A DNA stretch of 63,036 bases, filler included, from Vannella sp. (lineage: Eukaryota), in assembly GCA_023345925.1 (NCBI GenBank). It is 6 parts of 6 records of this genome, joined end to end, with 100 filler letters (N's around TTAATTAATTAA, not from the genome) between each part and the next. Parts side by side here need not be neighbours in the genome. Positions count along the whole stretch, not along the records: positions 12,973 to 25,923 come from JAJQQN010001194.1; positions 26,024 to 38,763 come from JAJQQN010000176.1; 4 more parts are not named here. One strand, written 5' to 3'. The translations under genes and the position numbers were made by a program. Positions 20,250 through 30,109 of the stretch are shown piece by piece. Numbering within the stretch: position 1 is the stretch's first letter; each line of letters starts with the position of its first letter. The notes beneath the pieces were generated by a model. That model was not told the DNA's origin. It did no database searches and worked only from the letters and a program-made list of their open reading frames with translations.

Positions 20250-21566
20250 TTAGGCATTTCCTCGGAGGAATGACTCTATCTCCTTATGATTTACTGGAGA
20301 AAGACCATCTTTCCATATTTGAGTACCAAAGGGCGCCAAAACTCGTGAGAAAGCGCCGAACGATTCTCCAGGCGCATCGGAAGGCCCATCAAGCACAGAG
20401 AATGCTACAACATCAAAGGCTCCGACGAATCGAGGCATACAGAGAGCCATGATGAACAAGCGAGCGATTTCCTCTGGCGGGTTCGCGTAGACTCCACATC
20501 CGATGGGAGTGGCGACAAAGATTCTGGGACGGGGAGCTTCTCCCATCATCTGCACTGCCATATCAAGCCAGGAGACTATCTTAGCCAGAGTTAGCCGCCT
20601 CTCTCGCTTTGAGATTCTCGAAGTAGAGTTCGGGGCATCAACCAACGGAGGTGACTTGAAAGCCCATCCCAACACGAAGGAGAAGAAGATAGGCTTTGGG
20701 AGGAATGCGTATCCTGAAGGTTCTCCAGATCTAAAAACACAGGCTCCCGGTATTGCAAGTCCTCCAACACAGGGCAAAGGATAGACCCAATCGGATCCAG
20801 ACCGAACATTGTAAGGATCTTCCAGCGCCTCTACAATAGAGGTTCTCCTGTGTAGATTCTCTTCCATCGCTGCGGCACCCTTCTTCCATCCTCCCCCAGG
20901 GAAATTGTACGAGCCATTGACTAATACGGTTATTGACTTGGAATGGACTCCCAAAGCCTCCTGAATCGTCATTGCCGTCTCCAAGACATCGCCATAAGTC
21001 AGCATAGTGCGAGTACCTCCTAAACAAGTGGAAGTGGCCACCAAGTCTCTTCCATACCAGTCAAACACCTCTTCCATGAACTCAGGCGACTCCGCTTCAT
21101 AGTCCACTCTCCTCGTAGATCGGGCGCTTTTTACTAAGCGCTTCCTTGCAAGCTTAACAGTGGTGCCGTCAGGTAAGCTGTACCAGTCCCGTAGTAAGGT
21201 TCCGAGGGTCCCAATCTGGACCAAACACCGAAGTGCCCTTCGATACTGAGGCCCCTGATGGGAGGCCTGCTCAGCTGCTTTGAACCACGCTGAAGGATCG
21301 AAACGAAGTCGCAGGCACTCCTGTTGCTTCTCCTCCCTTAGAATGCTGTTCAAGTCGCTGAAGAACGCGTCATCCATCACCCCCTGCTCCTTGCGACTTG
21401 CCAGCGCCCGCGTGACACCAAAAGGGGCGCTCTTCACTTCCATAGGCCTCTTCTTGCCCTCCTTCACGGCCCTACGCTCCTCCCCAAGGGGTTGATCGTT
21501 CACGCGCCTCTCGAGTCTCTCCCGCTTTGGCATGGAGAAGGGGAATAACGAAGGTATTCCCGTCAT
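20250..21566 (-). CDS. Microbial-type poly(ADP-ribose) glycohydrolase (DUF2263/TIGR02452-like macrodomain), intronless
   Basis: VLVNGS..PGGGWKKGAAAMEENLHRRT and PIGCGVYANPP motifs. Confidence 0.75.
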   Translation of the reverse strand: MTGIPSLFPFSMPKRERLERRVNDQPLGEERRAVKEGKKRPMEVKSAPFGVTRALASRKEQGVMDDAFFSDLNSILREEKQQECLRLRFDPSAWFKAAEQASHQGPQYRRALRCLVQIGTLGTLLRDWYSLPDGTTVKLARKRLVKSARSTRRVDYEAESPEFMEEVFDWYGRDLVATSTCLGGTRTMLTYGDVLETAMTIQEALGVHSKSITVLVNGSYNFPGGGWKKGAAAMEENLHRRTSIVEALEDPYNVRSGSDWVYPLPCVGGLAIPGACVFRSGEPSGYAFLPKPIFFSFVLGWAFKSPPLVDAPNSTSRISKRERRLTLAKIVSWLDMAVQMMGEAPRPRIFVATPIGCGVYANPPEEIARLFIMALCMPRFVGAFDVVAFSVLDGPSDAPGESFGAFSRVLAPFGTQIWKDGLSPVNHKEIESFLRGNA

Positions 21567-21587
21567 TCTCCTTCTGGCGTCCTTCTC

Positions 21588-22119
21588 ATGTCCATCAACC
21601 CTAACCCGACCGTGTTCCCTGTGAAGGAGCTTGCTTCAGGGGCTTGTGGGGAGGCGATTGATGCTCTTGAGGTCTATGGTGTGTTGGATGGGCGTGTAGG
21701 TTGTGGTGTTGATCGGTGTAGATATCATCAGGGACATCAAGGACCCGGAGCACCCATTCACGTTGGAACAGTTGCGCGTGGTCGACGAGAACAACATCAA
21801 CGTAGTCGATCATGGCGAGACTTGCTCCATAGTCATTCACTTTACACCAACAGTAACTCATTGCACACTAGCCTCCCTCATCGGGCTCTGTCTCCGAGCC
21901 AAACTCCAAAGGTACCTCTCCAAACCTGCCAAGATCGACATCTTTGTCGTTCCCGGCTCCCACGAGTCCGAAGGAGACTGTACGTACTGACCAGCTACAT
22001 GGCTTTGCTAAGATGATGCAGTGAACAAGCAAATCAACGACAAAGAGAGAGTTCAAGCCGCCATGGAAAATGAATATCTTCTTCAGGCGATAGAAGGATG
22101 CATTGAAGAGCCTCAATGA
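21588..22119 (+). CDS. CIA2: Cytosolic Fe-S assembly factor MIP18/FAM96
   Basis: INPNP, DIIRDIKDPEHPFTLEQL, FTPTVTHCTLASLIGLC, NKQINDKERVQAAMEN; two introns. Confidence 0.92.
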
Positions 22120-22279
22120 CCACTTAAGCTTTCCCATTACCAGGATTGATAGAGACCCACAAGAAAGTACGGAGTCAAGAGAATCTGAAAATGTGAATAC
22201 TTCGAAGAGACTTGTCCCACGAGGTCTTAAGGTTGTTTTGGGAGGTTTAGATGGATGATAAAGTGTACTTGTGACACCA

Positions 22280-24344
22280 TTAAACTCCTAACTTGGTAAA
22301 TCTCTTCTGCTTTTCCTCTCCCCATCGGGACTGGCGATTTTGGAGGTACTCAGAGTAGTTGCCTTGGAAGTAGTAAACGGATTTGTCAGGCTCAATAGCG
22401 ATGATGTGTGTGCACAGGCGGTCAAGGAACCAACGGTCGTGACTAACAATGATGGCTGTCCCTGCAAAGTTCTCAATTCCATCCTCCAGCTTCCTGAGAA
22501 CCTCCAAGTCCAAGTCATTTGTCGGCTCATCAAGTAAAAGAACATTAGGCCCTCGCTTGAGCATCTTAGCCAAATGAACTCGATTCCTCTCTCCTCCACT
22601 TAAGAGTCCCACAGCCTTCGATTGGTCGGTACCTGAGAAAGAGAACTACGAAATTAGTAAATCTCACTGCACTGAACAGGACGCTCACCGAGGCAACAAA
22701 TGCGCGAGCATCAATGGTGGTATTGCCAAAGGGAATGGTGGGAAAGCCTTCCGAGATCTCATCAAAGACAGAAAGATTCTCTGACAAAGTATCTCGAGCT
22801 TGTGTAATGTAACCCAGCTTTGCAGTAGACCCAAATTCAACCTTGCCTGCATCAGGAGGAATCTCCCCGGTAATAATCCGGAACAATGTCGTCTTCCCAG
22901 AACCATTTGGGCCGACAATACCGACAATGGCTCCCGGGGGAATGACAAAGGAAGCCTTTTGGAAGAGAACCTTCGCACCGAAAGAATGCGAAAGGTTCTC
23001 TACCGAGAGCACAACTTCTCCGAGTCGAGGACCAGGAGGGATAACAATACTTCCTGGACGATACTTCTCGAGCATATTTTGATCCAGTAATGCCTCGTAG
23101 CGTTTCACGCGGGCCTTGCTCTTAGCTTGTCGAGCCTTTGCAGGCTGATTGACCCACGCTAACTCCCTTTTCAGTGCTTTAGCATGAGTGACTTCATGCG
23201 CGGCCTCCATCTCGAGGCGCTTTGCCTTCTCTACAAGCCACTCGGAGTAGTTTCCCATGAAGGGGATAGCTCGGCCTCGATCAACTTCAAGAATCCACCC
23301 TGCAACGTTGTCAAGGAAGTAGCGATCGTGAGTGACAGCAAGAACTGTGCCCGGGAACTGGTCCAGGTACTGTTCCAGCCACTGCACGCTCTCAGGATCC
23401 AAGTGATTGGTAGGTTCATCAAGAATAAGAAAGTCTGGGGCAGCGATGAGCGTACGGCAGAGCGCCACTCGCCGTTTCTCTCCTCCAGAGAGTTTCGTGA
23501 CCCCGCTATCAGCTGGTGGGCATCTCAGCGCCTCCATAGCTCGCTTCACCTTGCCTCTAAGGTGCTTGATACCTTGGGTTTGGATGGTTCTGTTCAGTTG
23601 GTCTATCAGCTCTGTCAGAACCTTCCTTTGGATATCTTTGTGGACCTACCTAGCTCCTTTAGTTCGCTGGCGGTCAGCTCCCGATCCTCTTGGTCTTCTA
23701 TCAGCTGGGTGCTAGTTAGTGGTTGTAGTGTGAAGCGAGGGATCGGTAGCGCACCTCCTCTTGTCGATCAAGAATATCGAGCTTGTCTTCGATGCCTTCA
23801 AGGATGTTCTCGTACACAGTGAGGTCCTCATCCAGCTCTGGCTCTTGTGAAAGGTATCCAATGCGTATGTTAGGAGACCAGACCACTTGTCCATCGACCT
23901 CTTCGTCCACACCAGCGATAATGCGAAGGAGCGTCGTTTTACCCGATCCGTTGATCCCTAAGATACCAATCTTTGCTCTGGAACAGTACTCGTGTAAGTG
24001 ATGGATCTCTATGTAGCTTTGAGGACCTACCCGTGGTAGAAGGAGAGATTAAGATCGCGGAAGATCTCACGGGAGCCTGGAAGGGTCTTCTGGACGTCCT
24101 TTAGGCTCAGAATGATCTTCTTAGCACCTTCTCCTTTCCGTTTCTTTCTTGAATCCGTTGCGTAGTGAGTCCTCTGCACACTTGGTACGCCAAAAGGGCT
24201 CTCCAAAGGGGAGTTCCCGCTCCCAATGCCAACTGGGCCAACCGAGGCCTTGCTAAACGTCCTCAATGGCCCCACTGGGGTCCATCGGGCACTCGCTGAA
24301 GCAGGTCTCAAGATTGAAGCGCGAGTGGCCACGCTCCGCAACAT
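22280..24344 (-). CDS. ettA: ABC-F ATPase, EttA/ChvD type, with N-terminal mitochondrial-type presequence
   Basis: [53 protein letters not shown] linker, [21 protein letters not shown]; Arg/Ser/Ala-rich leader [20 protein letters not shown]. Confidence 0.88.
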
Positions 24345-24492
24345 GATAACAAATGGGTCTCCACAAACCTCAGTTGAAGGCTTCCTGGAAAGCAAGGTGT
24401 TGTGGCTCGATTGGTTAGCTCGATAGGAGAAGGATCCTCCTGAAAGAGGACTTGAAGGGGGTCTTGAAGCATTAGGTTGGTGCTTTATTCGC

Positions 24493-25818
24493 TCAGATCT
24501 GCTTGGCCATGTACTTGCTGTAAGCTTCCATGTTACGCCTCAAGATATCCTCGCAAGGGCCCAACACCCGCTGGAAGCGAGCACGGTCCAAGCGGACGCA
24601 TTTGAGACTGTCCGTCCTTGCGGTCACAGTGGCAGCACGAGGTCGATCTGTAAGCAAAGCAATTTCACCAAAGTAGTCAGACACAGACAGGTCCACAAGG
24701 TGCTTCTCAGTGCCTTCTCGGTCAACTTGGGTTACAGTAGCGTCTCCCTGAAGAGGGGATCAGTTCTGAAGGGTTCCATGCATCCACAAAGGACCTACCT
24801 CAATGATAATGTAGAACACGTCACCAGTGTCTCCTTGTTTGACAATGATGTCTCCTTTCTTGAAAGCGATGGGTTCCAGAGCGTCTGCGACAACAAGACG
24901 TTCATACTTCTGCAAGGGAGCTACAAAGATGTGAGAACAGTTGAAGAGCCCGCACGACTTTGCCTACCCAGAATTGGCACTTTGTCGAGGAACTCTTCGT
25001 AAAGCTTGCGCTTGCGCATGGTAGAGTCCATCAGAACCCTTCGGTAGGTAACACGGTCAATAACCCAAAGAGAGACTGCAGTGACCGCCTGTGGGGAATG
25101 AGGACGGGCGTAACGGTTGAGAGGTTTACGTACGACAACGTCAGCGGCACGTGGAGTGTTGTAGATGAGAGCCAACTCGCCAAAGCTATCACCAGTAGTG
25201 ACGTGCAGTACCAGCTTGCGCTCTGTGGGAGAGTTGACGTAGATGTTCAATTCTCCCTCGTCCACGACGTAGAACTGGTCTCCATCCTCGCCTACGTGGT
25301 CCCTCTGGGTCAGTAACCTACTTAAAAATGGGGATTTCTGAACGTGTACCTTGGCGAATGACAAAGTCACCAGGAGCGAAGTTAACTTCGGACATGTGAT
25401 CGAAAACCTCCTTTCGCTCCGCATCATCGAGGTGAGAGCATAGGATGTGGCGAGAAAGAGCATCGTTGAGCTTTTGGTTAGCTGATGCATCTTTGGGCTT
25501 GGATTCAGCCACCATCGTGATAGATTGAACCTCTCCGTTTGGCTCTGAGGAGACGGCACCTCGACGTTTCCTGTGGCGCACAAAATCGGGGATCTCGTCA
25601 TTCATATCTTCCCCTACGTTGCTATCATCTTCGTCCATCTTAGATTCCTCTCTCGCTTCACGAGCCTCCGTGAAAGAGGTCAAGAAAGCAAGGATGTCGG
25701 TAGGCTTCTCCTGAGCGAGTTGGCTCAAGAGTTCCCTCAAGAGAAGGGCAGCCCCCGACGACTCTAAGTACTCCTCAAAGTCCTCTGGAGGGTTGTCAAC
25801 CAGATCGATGAAGGACAT
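24493..25818 (-). CDS. pkaR: cAMP-dependent protein kinase regulatory subunit
   Basis: N-terminal D/D-like helix pair, RRGAVS pseudosubstrate, [14 protein letters not shown] and [16 protein letters not shown] cassettes. Confidence 0.93.
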
Positions 25819-25853
25819 GGCGAGAAGAATAATGATCCCTTTTTCGGACGGGA

Positions 25854-25914
25854 ACGATCGCCGATGATCTGCTTCCTTGAAGACTTCCTGTTTAAGACTT
25901 CACGATCGCCGATG
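25854..25914. promoter_or_regulatory. 13-bp direct repeat upstream of pkaR
   Basis: ACGATCGCCGATG at 25854-25866 and 25902-25914, enclosing two aagacttc copies. Confidence 0.4.
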
Positions 25915-25923
25915 CAAACGCCC

Positions 25924-26023
25924 NNNNNNNNNNNNNNNNNNNNNNNNNNNNNNNNNNNNNNNNNNNNTTAATTAATTAANNNNNNNNNNNNNNNNNNNNN
26001 NNNNNNNNNNNNNNNNNNNNNNN
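25924..26023. other. Artificial contig linker
   Basis: 44 N + TTAATTAATTAA + 44 N. Confidence 0.97.
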
Positions 26024-26560
26024 ATTGACTCTGGTCAGTGGAAGATCACAGATGGCATCAATGCCCCCAGGAGAGGAAGGATGGTAATTCTCCGTTCCTT
26101 CCTCATCGGAAGTGAAATAATGGCGGGAATGGAGTGGTGGTGTGTTCACCAAGTTGATTCCTGTGTTGATAACCCACATCAAGAATAGAACAGAGACGCA
26201 CATGTGCGTGGGGAAAGCGATGGCCCACCACTTGTCTGGGTAGTAGCTGATTCCCATCTGCAGAAGGAAAGAGTTCGGCGTGTAAGCCCAGATCAAGAAG
26301 ATGACTATGGCGAAGAGGCTGATGATCCAACCAACGAACCCGTATACCTCTGCATTAGCTTCTTTGGGAAGAGAGCCCTCTGGAGAAGAGGGTTTCAAAC
26401 GAGCTGTTTGATTCTGCCCTTCATCCTCGTCTCCCAAGGAAGGCACGATCTCCTCCCGCGTTACTCTTCCATAGATCCTCCCCACACTCTCCCTCCTTGA
26501 AGGAACCGGAATGTTAGGAATGGAGAGACTCCGGCTCGACCTCCCGCTCTCCCTTCTCAT
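26024..26560 (-). CDS. PIGP: GPI-GlcNAc transferase subunit P (3' truncated at contig end)
   Basis: EVYGFVGW..FLIWAYTP..LLQMGISYYPDKWWAIAFP..ICDLPL. Confidence 0.88.
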
Positions 26561-26574
26561 GACCGCCCAGACAA

Positions 26575-27150
26575 ATGCCAATGCTTGTGAGATATTTAGA
26601 AAGTAAAATGCCAGAAAGAAACAAACCTTTCGGGGACCTCCTTGTTCTTCCGAATTGTTCCAAAGTTGTCCACAAGATCAATCGTGATAATCTCCGTTTT
26701 GGTGAAGGAAGAGGGAACATCCCTCGGCCACACCAGAGAATCAAGGGAAGAGGGAACATCCCTCCCATGCTTGGTGTCTTGTGCCGATGGCATTTTACTC
26801 TCGCCCTTGACGAGAGCGGCGGCGTCTGGACCTGGGGAACCGGTCATTCTGGGCAAATTGGGGACGGGCAACACTTCCAATCTCTGGTCCCCTCGTTGAA
26901 AGGAATGAGCGCCCTGCTCGCTGGTGGGCACCATTCATTGGCGTTCCCACAGGAAGGCAGCCTGCTGGTCTTCGGACACAACCACACGACCCCCTATCTT
27001 CTCACTGCCGAGCTTTGCCCTGTCCAGCCAGCTCTCCCTCATTCATTCACCAGCAGAGCACAAAGAAGAGTGCCCGCTTCCTTTGAGGCCCTTCTGAGAA
27101 GAGAAAACACCGGGGAAGGGAATCATTGTAAACGACATTCACCCGGATGA
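26575..27150 (+). pseudogene. Degenerate RCC1-repeat fragment
   Basis: HFTLALDESGGVWTWGTGHSGQIGDG and AGGHHSLA..LLVFGHN: only ~2 repeats, second lacks GQLG; internal duplication ggaagagggaacatccctc at ~26707 and ~26746. Confidence 0.5.
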
Positions 27151-27173
27151 CGGAATGAAGAAGTGTAGTAGGT

Positions 27174-27722
27174 TCAAAAGGTGGTGCAGTGGGAGGGTTC
27201 TGTCCTTCTCTTAAGTAGCAAATCGTTCTTCTCTTGAATGTCTTTGTGGATTTCGCGAATCACCTCGTGGAAGGCTTCCTCAACGTTGATGTTATCCTTT
27301 GCGGAGGTTTCGAAGAAAGGACAACCAAAGGATAACGCTAACGTAAGTCCTTCTTCGTACGCCACTTCTCTGTCACCCTCCAAGTCACACTGGTTCCCCA
27401 CCAGGATCATGGGAACCTTCTCCTCGTCCTTAGCGCGGAGGATTTCGTCGCGAAAAGAGGTGATCTCGTCGAAGGAGCTTCGGCAGTTGATGGAGTAAAT
27501 GCAAAGGAAGCCTTGGCAGGAACGGTAACACTGCTGTCTCAAAGCTTGATCGTAGAGTAACAGGATTTCGACCTCCAAGACCTCCCCATCCACAGACAAC
27601 CGTTTGCGGAAAGAGTCCTCGATTTCGGGCCCAATCTCTGTGACATAGTGTCCATGCACCACCCTCCGGATCACTGACGCCCTGCCGACACCATGTTCCC
27701 CAACCACCCCAATCCTGACCAT
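27174..27722 (-). CDS. Divergent Ras-family protein, probable pseudo-GTPase, intronless
   Basis: IEDSFRK, QGFLCIYSI, FFETSAK, CaaX CTTF; but GEHGVGRA, no DxxG, NQCD. Confidence 0.8.
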   Translation of the reverse strand: MVRIGVVGEHGVGRASVIRRVVHGHYVTEIGPEIEDSFRKRLSVDGEVLEVEILLLYDQALRQQCYRSCQGFLCIYSINCRSSFDEITSFRDEILRAKDEEKVPMILVGNQCDLEGDREVAYEEGLTLALSFGCPFFETSAKDNINVEEAFHEVIREIHKDIQEKNDLLLKRRTEPSHCTTF

Positions 27723-27790
27723 CCCCAAAATGCTTTGTTTTTAGGAAAATAAATGGCAATGATACGACGGTAAGATCAGCCCATTATTTC

Positions 27791-28902
27791 ATGGACGATC
27801 ACACGCGAGAGCTGCTGATCGGTTATGGTTGTGCGATCGCGGCGGCTTTGTGCTGGGGAACACAAGGGATCTTCGTGAAAGTACCGTCTGTGGTCAAGGC
27901 GGAGTGTGACCCCATCGTCTTCCAGTGCTTTTACTCGTTCTCCATCTTCGTGACCTCTTGGCTCTTCCTTGTCATCGGCCCATTCCAATGGACGTGGTAT
28001 GGAGTGGCAGGTGCCGCTTTGTGGGTACCTACCAACATGATGGCGATCGTGGCGATCGGTTTGTCAGGTTTAGCCGTTGCACAGGGCGTTTGGTCTGGCT
28101 CTATCAGTAAGAGCAGCTAGGAACCACTCTCGCTCGACTAACCACAGACACAGTTCTTGTGTCCTTCCTGTGGGGTGCCTTTGTCTTCAAAGAAGAGGTC
28201 CACGACTGGCCATTGACGATTGTGGGCCTAGTTCTCCTCATGGTCGGGATAGGCGGGCTGTGTGTGTGCAACTTGAGGAAGAGGATGTATGTGCATCCAT
28301 ACTTGAACTTCCTGTACATTCTAGTGCCCTGCCTGGGAAGACCAGAGGATCCCTTTGCGGATGAAGAGCTTTTGGAGCTCAAAGCAACGGAGATCTTCTA
28401 TGATAAGACAACAGAGAAGTCAGAGAGTCAGCTATGGTTCTACGTAGGACTTGGCATCTCCCTTCTGATGGGTCTATCGGGAGGAGCGATGATGGTTCCG
28501 CGAACAATCTCCATCCGCGAGGAGGACATCGGCCCTATTCCCTATGCAGTCTGCTTTGGGGTGGGTGTAGCACTTGTCACAACAGTATTAGCATCAGCCT
28601 ACTTCCTCATGCAGCTCATTCGAGGCAGAGGCCCCCCAAAAGTGCTTCATCTGAAAGTAGCTTTGATTCCCGCCTCCATTGCGGGACTCATCTGGAACCT
28701 GGGCAACATCTTTAGCATCTACGCGACTCTCTATCTCGGTCTAACCGTAGGATTCCCTCTCACCCAACTCGCCCTTCTAGTAAGCGGGCTTTGGGGACTC
28801 ATTCTCTTCCGAGAGATAACTCGATTCAATGCTATTATCGCCTTCTTCGCTTCCGCCGTCATCCTCCTCGTTGGTGCTGTTCTCCTCGCTGTATTCGGAT
28901 AA
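27791..28902 (+). CDS. DMT-superfamily transporter (TMEM144/GRP-like), one intron
   Basis: ~10 hydrophobic segments, GLAVAQGVWSG, GLIWNLGN, VGFPLTQLALLVSGLWGLILFREI. Confidence 0.8.
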
Positions 28903-28967
28903 ACCAAAACGCATCAGAAAGGGGATGGACGGATGAACGGGCCAATCATTGGCTGGGAGCGGCGGGG

Positions 28968-30073
28968 ATGCTGAGGCGAGGGATGGAGTACGGACTTTCG
29001 GCTTTTGTGGGGGTGAGGAGGGTTTGGACTGAGGCCCCGAAAGCAGTGAAGCGGCGTAGTGTTGCAGGGAGTCGTGTGGGTGGGAGATTAGCCCTCGAGG
29101 ATGTGCCAGCAGCGAGTAGGAGCCCCGCCTTGCAAGAGAAGTTCTTGGAAGTGCAGCGGCAACAAGCTGCAGAGAAGAAGCCAGCTTCTAGTGCTTCCAA
29201 ACAAGAACGAGACTCATTAGTGTCTGACTATGAGAGAGAAGCGGCTCTCTATCAGGAGGAAGGAGAAGGTTCCCTCGACGCGGAGCTGCGAAAGGCGGGA
29301 GATGACAAATTAGCCGATCAAATGGCCTCTCCAGAGATGAATGACCTTGTCAAACGTGAGACCAAGCTTCTGAACATCCTCAGTGCCCTCACCACCCCCC
29401 AGATCTGCAGAAAGGCATGGAGAAGGACCAAGAGTGGGCGATCGAAGTGATGCTGACGAACAAGTACTACCGCCGCTATGATCTCGAAGTAGAGAAGCGT
29501 ATTGCCGAGCTGAACTACCAGTAAGAGCTCCCAAAGCCCTCCTCAACACGTGCTGATCGTGGGATCAGTTACCGAACCAAGTACGGGAATATCACGGCGG
29601 AGGTGTACCAGAAGTACCTGGCAGACTTTACAAGAGTAAAAGAAACACTGGAGAACAAGTACCTTCATGAGACAAGAGAGTACGCAGCCCGCAAAGCCTT
29701 CCGCAGTGCTCTGGTCCAGAAGAAACAGCGAACTCCTCAAATATGGAAGCTCGGCTCCTTTGCAGAGCGCCAGCGGGCCTTCGCAACGTGTATCAAGTGG
29801 AATTGGGTGTGTCACAAGAAGTATGATGATTGGATGAAGGCCAGCGAGGCTGCAGCCTACCAAAAACAGTCTTCTGGAGACAGTCTTTATGAGCGAATGA
29901 AGGCCGAAGAGGCCAAGCTCGCTCGTCAAAAGAAGGAGCAGAAAGAAGAGTCAAAGAAGAAACCTCGCCCGCCTTCTACCGGGCCCTTCACAGAAATGAA
30001 TCTTCTCGGATACCGGGACCATCCGCTCTATTCCGAGCCAGATGATCTGGATACAGCTCTGGCTGTCATTTAA
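28968..30073 (+). CDS. Unknown helical protein, possible mitochondrial presequence
   Basis: ATG 28968, introns ~29356-29402 and 29521-29568 join three ORFs in frame; basic leader MLRRG..VRRVW. Confidence 0.6.
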
Positions 30074-30109
30074 ATGCTTGGGATACACTTTCATTGCAGT
30101 AACATAATC

